DNA from: Flavobacteriales bacterium | Lineage (GTDB): Bacteria > Bacteroidota > Bacteroidia > Palsa-965 | DNA length: 64,000 nt | Direction of reading: 5' to 3' | Assembly (NCBI GenBank): GCA_040377305.1 | Contig: JBEIPA010000001.1 | Location: forward strand, 1 to 64,000 | In this document: one piece after another, positions 28,943-39,548 of the stretch | Layout: the number at the start of each line of letters is the position of its first letter | How positions within the stretch are numbered: the stretch's first letter is position 1 | Notes under the pieces: generated by a model | Told to the model about the DNA's origin: nothing | What the model saw: the letters and a program-made list of their open reading frames with translations, nothing else | Database searches by the model: none | Position numbers and translations under genes: made by a program

Positions 28943-30661
28943 TTACGACAAACTCTTAAGTTCCTTTTTCACAAACTCCATCAATTCGCTCACATACGCA
29001 GGTGAGAAATCGAAGCGAATTCCTGCTGTCTGGAAAATTTCGCCGATTGTTTTGGAATAACCCAATTTCAACGCGTTCTCGTAATTGCGGATTGCCTGCG
29101 TTGGATTGTTACGGTACTCGCGCCACAATGCAACAGCACCGAGCTGAGCCATTCCGTATTCGATATAGTAGAACGGAACTTCGAAAATATGCAGTTGCTT
29201 TTGCCACGTGTAACCACGAATATGTTCAAATCCGCTCCAGTCGATCAGTTTAGATTCAAATCGATTGTAAGTTGTTCTCCACGCTTCTTCACGCGCTTCA
29301 AGGCTGTGATTCGGATTCTCGTACAACCAATGCTGATACTGATCGACACATGCAATCCACGGTAATCCGGAAATCACACGCTCGAGCTGATCGCGTTTCG
29401 CACGTCGTAGCTCTTGCGCATTCGGATAAAATTCATCCCAGGCATCCATTGTAATCAGCTCCATGGCCATGCTTGCTAATTCGCAAACTTCGGAAGGAGG
29501 ATTCTTCATCTGATACAAGGGCAACGCATTCATGTGAAAAGAATGAAACGCGTGTCCGGCTTCGTGAACCATGGTCACTACATCCTGATGTGAATCTGCA
29601 GCGTTCATGAAAATAAACGGCGCACCACTAATCGGCATGGAATAATTGTAACCGCCGGGAGCTTTGTTCTTGCGCGAATCCAAATCGAAGTGTCCCATCT
29701 CTTTCATCAAGGCGATGGAATTTTTCCAGTCGGGATTCAGTTTGGAAAAAGCGGCAAGTGATTTGGAAAGAAGATCTTCTCCGCCATGAAATGGTTGCAA
29801 AGGAGGTTTACCTTCCGGATCAACTTCTTTGTCCCACGGACGCAATGAATCTTTCTTCATTAACTTTTTGCGCTCGGCATAGAGATCGTCCATAACCGGA
29901 ACAGCATACTGTGCGATGGCATCATGAAAATTGAAGCAATCTTCTTTCGTGTAATCAAAGCGACCCAGAGCAGCAAACATGTAGTCCCGGTAATTTTCGA
30001 AACCACAATTCAATGCAACCTGATTTCTCACTGCAGCCAGCTCCGTAAAAAGCTGATCCAGTTTTACCCGGTCTTGTCCTCTGCGTGTCCACACTTTCTC
30101 CCACACCGATTTGCGAATTGCTTCGTCGGTATTGTTCAGCAATGAAAATGCCTGGGGCATCGTCAGCTCTTTTCCATCGAACTCGATACACTGATCGCCA
30201 GCAATTTTTCCATACTGCTGAGCGAGCTGATCGATTTTCGTGAAGAGCGGAATATTTACTTCGCGGTAAAGAGCGATATCGTTTCTTACTTCGCGCAGGT
30301 AAACAAAATATTTTTTAGGATCGAGTTGTGCTGTGAAATCACAAGCAACCAGTTTTTCATTGAGTTTCTGAAACCACGGAGCCGTTTTCGGATCGATCTC
30401 AGTCACGAAAAAATCATACGCCTGTTCAGCAGCTTTATCTGCAGTGTTGCATGTCGACTTCACATAACGCCATGCGAGTTCTTCGTGTAAAAGACATTCG
30501 AGCTCACTGTAGTTGATGAGCCATTGCTCCAGATCTACGACAGAACTGATTACTTCTTCTTCGAGCTTACGGAAAAACGGTTCAAGGTTCTCCCAAGTGT
30601 CTACGGAAAATCCTTCCGGGACAAACTTCGTGTGAAGCTTTACGCTGTCTGCAGTAAGCAC
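28943..30661 (-). CDS. M3-family oligoendopeptidase
   Basis: HEAGH zinc motif, KAPGGY, EVCELASM and HIFEVPFYYIEY motifs. Confidence 0.92.
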   Translation of the reverse strand: MLTADSVKLHTKFVPEGFSVDTWENLEPFFRKLEEEVISSVVDLEQWLINYSELECLLHEELAWRYVKSTCNTADKAAEQAYDFFVTEIDPKTAPWFQKLNEKLVACDFTAQLDPKKYFVYLREVRNDIALYREVNIPLFTKIDQLAQQYGKIAGDQCIEFDGKELTMPQAFSLLNNTDEAIRKSVWEKVWTRRGQDRVKLDQLFTELAAVRNQVALNCGFENYRDYMFAALGRFDYTKEDCFNFHDAIAQYAVPVMDDLYAERKKLMKKDSLRPWDKEVDPEGKPPLQPFHGGEDLLSKSLAAFSKLNPDWKNSIALMKEMGHFDLDSRKNKAPGGYNYSMPISGAPFIFMNAADSHQDVVTMVHEAGHAFHSFHMNALPLYQMKNPPSEVCELASMAMELITMDAWDEFYPNAQELRRAKRDQLERVISGLPWIACVDQYQHWLYENPNHSLEAREEAWRTTYNRFESKLIDWSGFEHIRGYTWQKQLHIFEVPFYYIEYGMAQLGAVALWREYRNNPTQAIRNYENALKLGYSKTIGEIFQTAGIRFDFSPAYVSELMEFVKKELKSLS

Positions 30662-30688
30662 GGCTAAAAAATTAGAATGTGTATGGAA

Positions 30689-31216
30689 CTAAGCAGTTCC
30701 GCTCTTGCGAACTCCTGCAGCTTTCACTTTCGGCGCGTTTGATTTCGCCTGCTGCTTGGTCTGCACTTCATTCTTGATCACCGGCTTCTTCTCGTCGCCA
30801 AGGTTCAGTTTGTCTTCACCCTCTTTTTCTTCAGCCGTGAGCAATCCGGATCCGTGAAGAAGATTGTACCAGGTAAAAAGTTTCTTGATGTCGGAAGTGT
30901 GAACACGATCAGCGTCGTAATCAGGAATCACGGTCTTCATATACTCACGAAGTCCTTTTTCGTCGGTCGTTTTAGGATCGAGACACTTCTCACCTTTTTC
31001 TTTATCGAAAATCGCCTGCAGCGCATCCTTCAACGGCTTGTCTTCACCAGTTGTATAAATGCTGATGTCTGTAAGCGAGCTGATTTTATGCGAATTGAAA
31101 GCAGGAATACGCTTCTTATCAACAAGCGATTCGCAGATCACACCATTCTTGGTTTGTCCAACTACTTTGTAAAGACCCGGCATTCCGGCAATTGCTATAA
31201 CTGTACTGATGTCCAT
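30689..31216 (-). CDS. DUF5606/DUF6852-like conserved Bacteroidota protein
   Basis: IAIAGMPGLYKVV..ISSLTDISIYT..PDYDADRVHTSDIKKLFTWYNLL. ATG at 31216 follows a tatctttg -7 box. Confidence 0.75.
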   Translation of the reverse strand: MDISTVIAIAGMPGLYKVVGQTKNGVICESLVDKKRIPAFNSHKISSLTDISIYTTGEDKPLKDALQAIFDKEKGEKCLDPKTTDEKGLREYMKTVIPDYDADRVHTSDIKKLFTWYNLLHGSGLLTAEEKEGEDKLNLGDEKKPVIKNEVQTKQQAKSNAPKVKAAGVRKSGTA

Positions 31217-31292
31217 TTGATCGAATTGATTTGTGCAAAGATAGGAAACTGTGGGAGATAGGAGTTGGAAGACCGGAGTGAAGAAATGAAGC

Positions 31293-31334
31293 AAAAAAGA
31301 GTCGTCCTGACTGTTTCCGGCCAGGACGACTCTT
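31293..31334 (-). terminator. Rho-independent terminator after the S8 protease gene
   Basis: aaaaaagagtcgtcctg..caggacgactctt stem, giving a U-tract on the minus strand. Confidence 0.75.
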
Positions 31335-31405
31335 ATGACTTTTTTACTTCATATACGCGTCCCCAATCTCCAAACTCACAACCGTAACGCGATAAGCTAT
31401 TAATT

Positions 31406-34246
31406 CTAATGCGCGATGATCAGTCGGCGGGTAGTAACCGCTTTTCCAACCTGCATACGAACAATGTAAACGCCATCAGGCAAGTTAGCTGTATTCATCG
31501 TTTCGCGATAAGTTCCTGCTGCTTGTGCTCCTTGTGAAAGAACAGATACGTCACGTCCAGCAACATCTACAAGGCGGATATCAACGTTACTTTCTTCTGT
31601 AAGCATGTACGTGATTTCAGTCGAAGCGTTAGCCGGGTTCGGATATACATTGAACCCTGTATTATCGTTTACGATTGAAGCAGTTCCGGTCATCAGGTTC
31701 CAGTTGTTCTGTGCATCAACAGCACTTCCCTGAATATCTGCGAGGTCATCACCAGCAATCAGAGCGAAACCAACAACCACTGAATCACCAGCCATGATTG
31801 TGAAAGGTCCTGTGCTTACAACATCACAAACGTCGTTACCCGGAGTTGTAGCTGTTCCTGATTGCGCACGGTTTGTAGAAAGTGTTGTGAACTTCTCCGC
31901 GTTGTCGTAACCATCAAACATATTCACACCGCCATTACCTCCGTTGGTATTGTCAATAGCGTAGTGGATGAATGGTCCGTTTGAAAGAAGCTTCACACCT
32001 GCGTAAGTACCATTTGCACCTGAGTAGTAGCAGTAACCCATGCGGTTCGTGTTATCTACGTCACCTTTGTTCGATCCGTACGTGGTTGCGTCAATATCCC
32101 AATCCGAGAAAATACCAGCATAAACGTTGCTGATTGTAGAAGCGCCCGTGTTGCGGATTACATACTTAACCATTACATATTTGCTGCTCGCTGGTGCTGT
32201 CCACGCATAAGCATAGTGATGAACAGAAACAGGAAGCGGGCTTGCGGATGCGCCATCTGTGAAAGTTCCTTCAACATCCATATCCGAAACAGTTGCCGGA
32301 ACGTTCTCATGAACAGTTACCGCCGACTGAAGATCAACATCAGGTGCTGCTGCACCACGTGCCATGTCGCGCACATTGCTTGATGTTCCAACCATGAAGC
32401 TGCTTTCATATAGTAAGCTCATGTTGTTGTACTGGAATCCGAGGCCCTGGAACGGAGCTGCTTGTGTATTGTAACCGATCAATCCTTTAGAAGTGATTGA
32501 AGTTGAAACCGCATTGATTGCAACGTTGATGTAGTCCACGTTCACAACGATGTCGAAATACTGGGTTGTGCTCCATGCTACATCAGTTAATGTAATGCTC
32601 AAAGTGATCGTTTGATTGAGCGGAGCATTTGAGTTGATCTTGATTGTGAACGGATCAGGATTGTGTCCTACGCTCGCCATTGTTGCAATTGCACCCGGGG
32701 TTGTCGTGTTGTCAAGAATCGTAACGAATCCACCAGGAGTTACCACCGCCATTGTAGCAGTAAGATTTGTTGTGGCTCCGAGGTAATTCATGAAATCTCC
32801 GGTGCAGCGAACTGTATCGCCGATTACAAATACATTATCGTTATTGTCATCCAGAACACGGTTGAGATAAGCAACAGAAATGCTTGCCGGATCTGTCAAC
32901 GCACGGTAGAGGTTAACACGACCTTTACCCATCTTGTTCGGGTAGCTTGTGTTTGCTCCAACAACATCAGATGTCATTTTCAAGCGCTCACCAGCCTGCA
33001 GGCAATTGTAAGCAGGATAGAACGCACGCACTACAGCAAGAGCGCCGGCACAAACAGGAGCAGCCATTGATGTTCCGCTGTTCGGGAAGTAACTATTGTT
33101 CGTCCACGTTGCAAGAATGTTTGATCCTGGTGATGCAATATCTACCGTGTAGTTGTAGTTAGAGAATCCTGATTTACTATCGCTTGAAGTTGTAGATCCA
33201 ACGCTCATCACTTTATCGAGTGCTGCCGGATAAAAAGCTTCATCCAATCCGTTGTTCCCGGCTGCTGCAACTACAATAGCGTCACAGTTGTTCGTAGAGT
33301 AATCAATAATCGATTGCTCGAATGGTCCGGCACCAGCTCCACCCCATGAACAGTTGATTACATCACATCCATGATCGGCTGCATATGTAATTCCCTGATA
33401 CGATGCAGTGAGTGTTCCGCCCGCGTCAGCAATTTTCACCGGAAGGAATTTGCATAGGAAACCTGTTCCGCACACATTTCCGCCTCCGTTCACTTCTGCT
33501 GATGCACAACCACTCACGTGAACGCCGTGGTTATTCCCTTGCCATGTTGCATCGTTGTCATTCATTGCAACATCCCATCCGCGGTAGTTGTTTGCGAATC
33601 CGTCACCGTCATCATCACCACCTGATAAAGGATCAGCAGTGTTGTACTGAATCTGGTTTACGAGATCACTGTGTGTGTATTCTGTACCCGTATCAACAAT
33701 ACCAATGGTAATTGAAGTACTGCCCGGACTGATGTCCCAACCTGAAGTTCCGGCTCCGGCAGCTGCAATTTTTGTGAGATGATACTGTGATCCCGACTGT
33801 GAATCTGTTGGTGTGAACTCAACCTTCGGAATGTAATAAGGCTGTGCATACTCGAAATAACCAAGGCGGTAAAGCTTACCGATTGCGTTGGTCAGTGGCA
33901 AAGCACTTGTATAATGAATTACGTAGATCAATGAAATATCTTCCATTGGTGCACCCCATTCATTCACCGATTTAGTTGGTGATTTGTGAAGCGGGAACAT
34001 CTTCTCTACACGGTCAGCGCCGATCATCAGGAAGAAATCATTTAGGGCTGGAATGCTGATTCCGTTAGTTCCGCATGCGTTGCGATATTCCGGCAGAACA
34101 TTAACGATGATCGTATTTGACATATACTCATCGGGCTGCATTTTTTCCAGCGGAGTGAACGCAGGATTTTGTGCCAACGGTGCGGCAAATGATGCTACAG
34201 AAGCAGCAATGCCTGCAAGTAGTGCAAGGGTACGTGTTGTTTTCAT
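31406..34246 (-). CDS. S8 serine peptidase with T9SS type A C-terminal sorting domain
   Basis: IVDTG / NHGVHVSG / SGTSMAAP triad; C-terminal VYPNPA..LPDGVYIV..TRRLII. Confidence 0.92.
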   Translation of the reverse strand: MKTTRTLALLAGIAASVASFAAPLAQNPAFTPLEKMQPDEYMSNTIIVNVLPEYRNACGTNGISIPALNDFFLMIGADRVEKMFPLHKSPTKSVNEWGAPMEDISLIYVIHYTSALPLTNAIGKLYRLGYFEYAQPYYIPKVEFTPTDSQSGSQYHLTKIAAAGAGTSGWDISPGSTSITIGIVDTGTEYTHSDLVNQIQYNTADPLSGGDDDGDGFANNYRGWDVAMNDNDATWQGNNHGVHVSGCASAEVNGGGNVCGTGFLCKFLPVKIADAGGTLTASYQGITYAADHGCDVINCSWGGAGAGPFEQSIIDYSTNNCDAIVVAAAGNNGLDEAFYPAALDKVMSVGSTTSSDSKSGFSNYNYTVDIASPGSNILATWTNNSYFPNSGTSMAAPVCAGALAVVRAFYPAYNCLQAGERLKMTSDVVGANTSYPNKMGKGRVNLYRALTDPASISVAYLNRVLDDNNDNVFVIGDTVRCTGDFMNYLGATTNLTATMAVVTPGGFVTILDNTTTPGAIATMASVGHNPDPFTIKINSNAPLNQTITLSITLTDVAWSTTQYFDIVVNVDYINVAINAVSTSITSKGLIGYNTQAAPFQGLGFQYNNMSLLYESSFMVGTSSNVRDMARGAAAPDVDLQSAVTVHENVPATVSDMDVEGTFTDGASASPLPVSVHHYAYAWTAPASSKYVMVKYVIRNTGASTISNVYAGIFSDWDIDATTYGSNKGDVDNTNRMGYCYYSGANGTYAGVKLLSNGPFIHYAIDNTNGGNGGVNMFDGYDNAEKFTTLSTNRAQSGTATTPGNDVCDVVSTGPFTIMAGDSVVVGFALIAGDDLADIQGSAVDAQNNWNLMTGTASIVNDNTGFNVYPNPANASTEITYMLTEESNVDIRLVDVAGRDVSVLSQGAQAAGTYRETMNTANLPDGVYIVRMQVGKAVTTRRLIIAH

Positions 34247-34440
34247 GATTTTAATTAAGGTGGTGGCGTGCGTATTTGAAGGTCCGAATTTAAGCATTCA
34301 GAGGTGTGAATCAAAGTATTAGGGCAATTTAAAGGCGAATTCCATACGCGTTCAAAACATATTACAAAGCCTGACACAACCTAGACAAATTCCGCTATTT
34401 TCGCGGTCTCTACTCACCCAACTAAACTGTTATTCAACTC

Positions 34441-36630
34441 ATGAAAAAAATTTTACTCTCCGTATCTGTGATTGCAATGTCGGCAGTGACATTGAACTCA
34501 CAGGTAATTTTCAGTGAAGATTTTGATGGTATCGGGGGCCCAACAGCGGGCGGCGCCGGTACGTACACTTTCCCGAGCGGATGGTTTCTGCGCAACGTAG
34601 ATAATGGCACTCCAGCCGCAAACGTATCGTACGTAAACGAAGCATGGGAACGCCGCGAAGATTTCAACTTTAACGTGGCAGATTCATGCGCATTCAGTAC
34701 TTCATGGACTTCACCTGCAAGTACAGCAAACGATTGGATGTGGACTCCATTGATCGGGCCACTTCCTGCTGGCACAACCATCAATTGGAATGCTGTTACG
34801 TATGACGCGTCATATCCCGATGGCTATGAAGTTCGTGTTATGGTGGCAGCTTCAGGACCTCCAACCGGTGGAACTGGCGTAATTGGTAACCAGATAACCA
34901 ACTCGACTCAGATTTTCAGCATTGCAGCTGAGAATACAACGTGGACAGCTCGTTCTGCGAGTCTCGCAGCTTACGCAGGTCAGTCTGTTTACATCGCATT
35001 CCGCAATAATTCTACGGATGAATTCCTGTTGCTCATCGACGACATCCTCGTGAGTGCTCCAGTGGTGAACGACGCAAGACTGAGCGTGCTTGATACGGTT
35101 ACGCCTTATACAATCGTACCACTCGATCAAACTCAGCCGCTTAATTTCTCTGGCGATTTAATGAACAACGGTTCTAATACACTTACTGGCGTGTACGTAT
35201 CTGTTGACGTATACGATTCAGGTAACAACATCGTATACACTGCAAACAGTGCGACAATTACCTCACTTGCTCCTGCCGCTTCTGCTGCATGGACAATCAG
35301 TGGCTATGACCCTGCAATCGTAGATTTCTATGATGCGAGATTTATCGTGCATCATTCAGTTGCGGATCCGAATCCAACTAACGACTCCCTGTTCTGGGGA
35401 GGCTATTTGGTTGATGATAGTATTTATGCGCGCGACGATGGTACGGTTACTGGCGGCTTAGGAATTGGCGCTGGTAACGGTGGCTATCTCGGTCAGGATT
35501 TCGAAGTGGTAAATGTTGATATTCTTACTCAGATAATGGTTTATGTAACGGCTGGTTATACCGGGGAGCCGATGGCTGCAGTTGTTTGGAACATGTCAGG
35601 TGGAGTACCTACCACTATTGCATTCTCTACTGATACTATTCTGTATCCTGATGATTCTGCAGATGTATACTTCCTTCCGATTTACAATGGACCTGTGATG
35701 GTGAATCCAGGCGAATATGCAGTGACTTTTGTTGAATTCGATTCAACCATGCAATTAGGAAACACGATGGGCATTTTTAGTGCGGGACACACGTGGGTTA
35801 ATTGGCCTACAATTCCTGGTGGAACGTGGGCTAACATCGAGACTTTCGGTCCTGGATTTGCGCGCGCTCAGGTTATCCGTCCGATCTTCGGAGATGTTTG
35901 TTTGGACAACATGGCGACCGCAAGCAGCACGCAGGCATCCTGCATTTCGTGTGCTGATGGTTCTGCAATGGTAACAACATCCGGAACAGATGGTTCTCTT
36001 ACGTATTCGTGGTCGCCATCGGGTGGTAATGCTGCAACAGCAACCGGACTTCTGACCGGATCATACATCATTACTGTAACTGATGGATTTGGTTGTGTAA
36101 CGATGGACACTGTAACTGTTGGTTACGACATCTGCGGCTTGTTCACATCAACTACAACTTCTGCGGATGCGACTTGCGGTGTTTGTCCTGACGGATCAGC
36201 ACAGGTTATTCCAGCTGGCGGAAATGGTCCTTTGACTTACGTTTGGAGTAACGGTGGAACTTTTGATACAATTCAGAACGTGTTGCCAGGCACTTACACG
36301 GTAACAATTACTGATTCTCTCGGATGCGTTCGCGTTGATTCAGTTGTTGTAAACTTCAGCACAGATATCGCTGGCATTAACGCTCCGGGTGCAATTTCAA
36401 TGTTCCCGAATCCATCGAATGGTATTTTCCAGGTGAATGTAAACCTTGCTACATCTTCTGACCTAACGGTATTTGTGGTCAACACACTTGGAGAAGTGGT
36501 TGCGACAAAAACTGTGAATGGAATTCAGAATGGTCGTATCGACATGAACGTTGATCTTGCTGCAGGCACTTACAGCTTGCACGTGCGTTCAGCAGATACT
36601 GAGAAAGTAATTCCGATTACAATTCAGTAG
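34441..36630 (+). CDS. Cleaved-adhesin (choice-of-anchor J) + SprB-repeat protein, T9SS type A cargo
   Basis: ANDWMWTP..YAGQSVYIAFRN..LIDDI; SprB repeats (ASC..DGSA..YSWS..TVTDGFGC); MFPNPSNG C-terminal domain. Confidence 0.8.
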   Translation: MKKILLSVSVIAMSAVTLNSQVIFSEDFDGIGGPTAGGAGTYTFPSGWFLRNVDNGTPAANVSYVNEAWERREDFNFNVADSCAFSTSWTSPASTANDWMWTPLIGPLPAGTTINWNAVTYDASYPDGYEVRVMVAASGPPTGGTGVIGNQITNSTQIFSIAAENTTWTARSASLAAYAGQSVYIAFRNNSTDEFLLLIDDILVSAPVVNDARLSVLDTVTPYTIVPLDQTQPLNFSGDLMNNGSNTLTGVYVSVDVYDSGNNIVYTANSATITSLAPAASAAWTISGYDPAIVDFYDARFIVHHSVADPNPTNDSLFWGGYLVDDSIYARDDGTVTGGLGIGAGNGGYLGQDFEVVNVDILTQIMVYVTAGYTGEPMAAVVWNMSGGVPTTIAFSTDTILYPDDSADVYFLPIYNGPVMVNPGEYAVTFVEFDSTMQLGNTMGIFSAGHTWVNWPTIPGGTWANIETFGPGFARAQVIRPIFGDVCLDNMATASSTQASCISCADGSAMVTTSGTDGSLTYSWSPSGGNAATATGLLTGSYIITVTDGFGCVTMDTVTVGYDICGLFTSTTTSADATCGVCPDGSAQVIPAGGNGPLTYVWSNGGTFDTIQNVLPGTYTVTITDSLGCVRVDSVVVNFSTDIAGINAPGAISMFPNPSNGIFQVNVNLATSSDLTVFVVNTLGEVVATKTVNGIQNGRIDMNVDLAAGTYSLHVRSADTEKVIPITIQ

Positions 36631-36649
36631 TAATCTGAAATCATAAAGT

Positions 36650-36683
36650 AAAAAACGGCTTGCAGAAATGTGAGCCGTTTTTT
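36650..36683. terminator. Bidirectional terminator between convergent genes
   Basis: aaaaaacggct..agccgtttttt. Confidence 0.8.
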
Positions 36684-37125
36684 ATTTATACGCTGGAAGT
36701 TCTTCAAGAAAATTCCACGATTGTGTTTCGTGGTTCATCGTGCAGCAGAAGTGTCGCAATCCGTTCGTGAGCAGAAAGTACTTTGCACCAACTGTGAGGT
36801 TATAGCGTGCAGCCTGATCGAACAGGTCCTGTGTAATGTTAACATCGGGCGATTTACATTCCACAATCACTAATGGATTCGCGCTATTGTCGTGACAAAT
36901 AATATCGCACCGTCGCTGCAGACCGTTCACCTTAATCTGCTTTTCAACTGCCATGAGAGAAGCGGGATAATTCTTCGTCTCCTGCAGCCACATCGCAACG
37001 TGCTGACGAACCCATTCTTCGGGAGTTAACGCAACCCACTGTTTACGGATTGCATCGAAAATTTCTTTCGAGGCAGAAGTTTCCCGTACACGGAATTCAT
37101 AGGTTGGAAAATTCAGTCCTGACAC
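36682..37125 (-). CDS. Type I restriction HsdR N-terminal-domain (HSDR_N_2) protein, standalone
   Basis: IFDAIRKQWVALTPEEWVRQ, RRCDI, IVECK, DQAARYN and LTNG motifs. Confidence 0.85.
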   Translation of the reverse strand: MSGLNFPTYEFRVRETSASKEIFDAIRKQWVALTPEEWVRQHVAMWLQETKNYPASLMAVEKQIKVNGLQRRCDIICHDNSANPLVIVECKSPDVNITQDLFDQAARYNLTVGAKYFLLTNGLRHFCCTMNHETQSWNFLEELPAYK

Positions 37126-37191
37126 GTCCCAAACTTACACATTCCCCATGCCTCCTCCCCCATCCCGATTTCCTATCTTTGGCTTAACCCT

Positions 37192-37962
37192 ATGAAAAGC
37201 AAACAAGAAATTGTGGCGAATTGGCTGCCACGCTACACCGGAATCCCGCTCACTGGTTGGGGCAAATATATTTTGCTGACCAACTTCTCGAATTACGTGA
37301 ACATGTTCGCCGAATGGAACAATGTTCCTGTTCACGGAACCGATAAGCCGATGATGAGTGCGCATGCCGGTGGAATTTCCATTATAAATTTCGGAATGGG
37401 AAGTGCCTCTGCTGCTACGGTTATGGATCTGCTTTCTGCTATCAAACCCGAAGCAGTTTTGTTTCTCGGTAAGTGCGGTGGTTTGAAAAAGAAAAATAAT
37501 ATCGGCGATTTGATTCTTCCAATCGCTGCCATCAGAGGTGAAGGAACCAGTGATGATTATTTTCCACCTGAAGTTCCTGCGTTACCTGCATTCAGTATGC
37601 AAAAAGCAATTTCAACAACCATCCGAAATTACAATTGCGATTACTGGACCGGAACAGTTTATACTACCAACCGTCGCGTGTGGGAACATGACACGGAGTT
37701 CAAAGAATATTTGCGAACAACCCGCGCAATGGCAATCGACATGGAAACTGCAACTATTTTCACAGTTGGATTCCATAATGAGATTCCAACCGGTGCGCTT
37801 CTACTCGTTTCCGATCAACCCATGGTTCCTGAAGGTGTTAAGACTGAGGAAAGTGACCGGAAAGTAACTGCAGAATTTGTTGAACGCCAGCTCAAAATTG
37901 GTGTTGATTCTCTGAAAGAGCTTATCAACAATGGACTTACGGTGAAGCACCTGAAGTTTTAA
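37192..37962 (+). CDS. amn: AMP nucleosidase (Bacteroidota type)
   Basis: NWLPRYTG, INFGMGS, LFLGKCGGL, AAIRGEGTS and AIDMETAT motifs. Confidence 0.9.
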   Translation: MKSKQEIVANWLPRYTGIPLTGWGKYILLTNFSNYVNMFAEWNNVPVHGTDKPMMSAHAGGISIINFGMGSASAATVMDLLSAIKPEAVLFLGKCGGLKKKNNIGDLILPIAAIRGEGTSDDYFPPEVPALPAFSMQKAISTTIRNYNCDYWTGTVYTTNRRVWEHDTEFKEYLRTTRAMAIDMETATIFTVGFHNEIPTGALLLVSDQPMVPEGVKTEESDRKVTAEFVERQLKIGVDSLKELINNGLTVKHLKF

Positions 37963-38034
37963 TGGTTGATAACTGATTGATGATGAGTGATTGTACATCA
38001 GATATCAGTCAGCCGCTATCCGTTATATTTGTGT

Positions 38035-39033
38035 GTGGAACACAAGGAAATCCTGGGCGATCTTAAGAAAAAGAAATACAGTCCCGTGTATTTTCTCATG
38101 GGAGAAGAACCGTATTTCATCGACCTGATTTCAGATTACGCGGAGAAGCATATCCTTGACGAAACCGAGCGTGAATTCAACCTCCAGGTTTTGTATGGTC
38201 GCGATGTGGACGTGGAAACAATTGTGAGCGAAGCCAAGCGTTACCCGATGATGAGCGACAAGCAGGTTGTGATTATCAAAGAGGCGCAGAACATTCGTAA
38301 TATCGAAGCGCTCGAAGCATATGTTGCGTCTCCACTCGATTCAACATTGCTCTTCATCTGTTACAAATACAAAACACTCGACAAGCGCAAAACATTTCCA
38401 AAGACGCTCGCGAAAAAAGGTGTGTTGTTTGAATCTAAGAAGCTCTATGACAATAAAGTTCCCGATTGGATCAGCGGATACCTGAAAGAGAAAAACTACA
38501 CCGCGAGTCCGAAGGCCACTGCATTGCTCACGGAATACCTTGGTGCTGATCTGGGCAAAATTGCAAATGAGCTCGACAAGCTGATGATCAACCTGAAAGA
38601 AGGAGCGGAGATTACTCCGGATCATATTCAGAATAATATCGGCATCAGCAAAGACTACAACACGTTTGAGTTGACAGCGGCTTTGGGAAAGAAAGACATT
38701 CTGAAATCGAACCGCATTGTAAATTATTTCGCGGCAAATTCAAAAGATCATCCGTTTCCGGTAACGATCACAACCTTGTATGGTTACTTCGTAAAACTCC
38801 TTCAGTATCATTTTCTGCAGGACCAATCATCAGCCAATGCAGCGAAAGTGCTGGGAGTCAATCCGTATTTCGTGAAAGATTATGTAGAGGCTTCGCGCAA
38901 TTTTGCTCCGCGTAAAATCAAAGAGATCATCAGCGCGCTTCGCGAATATGATTTGCGCTTCAAAGGATTTGATAATCTATCGGCTGACGAAGGCCAGTTA
39001 CTGAAGGAAATGGTTTACAAGATTCTGCATTAG
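38035..39033 (+). CDS. holA: DNA polymerase III delta subunit
   Basis: PVYFLMGEEPYFID, AKRYPMMS, NELDKL and IGISKDYN motifs. GTG start follows tatatttg. Confidence 0.92.
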   Translation: MEHKEILGDLKKKKYSPVYFLMGEEPYFIDLISDYAEKHILDETEREFNLQVLYGRDVDVETIVSEAKRYPMMSDKQVVIIKEAQNIRNIEALEAYVASPLDSTLLFICYKYKTLDKRKTFPKTLAKKGVLFESKKLYDNKVPDWISGYLKEKNYTASPKATALLTEYLGADLGKIANELDKLMINLKEGAEITPDHIQNNIGISKDYNTFELTAALGKKDILKSNRIVNYFAANSKDHPFPVTITTLYGYFVKLLQYHFLQDQSSANAAKVLGVNPYFVKDYVEASRNFAPRKIKEIISALREYDLRFKGFDNLSADEGQLLKEMVYKILH

Positions 39034-39054
39034 TAAACCAGCCGAATCCAGAAA

Positions 39055-39441
39055 CTATCTTGAGTTCCGACGGTCGTCCGGGTTCACTGAACGATACTCG
39101 AACGGAATGTCCATGATTTCGGAAAAGGTTTCTCCGTGATCTTTCATCTCTTCGTCGTCGCTGAAATATTCCCACATCACAGTTACAGGAATCTGCTTCT
39201 GATCTTTCACCGTACGGAGATAATCGAGGAACGCTTTGGATGAAAGCGTGTTCATGTATTCAAGACGGAACGTGAAAGCTACTTGCTCTACCTGTTCCGG
39301 ATTGAGTGTATTTAATAAATCTTCCAGCGGCTTAAAATGCATGTATGCATTTTCCGGAATACTTACCCCTGAAATAAGGATCTTCCAATCCTTTTCATCC
39401 ACATCCACCAAGGGTGTATGCTTTGTTGGCGCTATTCTCAT
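39055..39441 (-). CDS. DUF1987 / SiaC-family regulatory protein
   Basis: TKHTP..ISGVSIPEN..LEYMNTLSSK..WEY..DDEEM..GE..F motif. Confidence 0.8.
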   Translation of the reverse strand: MRIAPTKHTPLVDVDEKDWKILISGVSIPENAYMHFKPLEDLLNTLNPEQVEQVAFTFRLEYMNTLSSKAFLDYLRTVKDQKQIPVTVMWEYFSDDEEMKDHGETFSEIMDIPFEYRSVNPDDRRNSR

Positions 39442-39548
39442 AAAATCTTCGGTCGTGTTTGCCTTGGGGTAGACGTGGCAAAATTAACATTCGAAACGTC
39501 TTTTCAAATTAGAGTTTGCGATATTTGACACAATCCAATGTTAATTGC

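Noticed and set aside
36682-37125. Type I restriction-modification system
   Set aside because: Only a short HsdR_N-like domain with no hsdM/hsdS or helicase; this gene is a usual neighbour of amn/holA in Bacteroidota.
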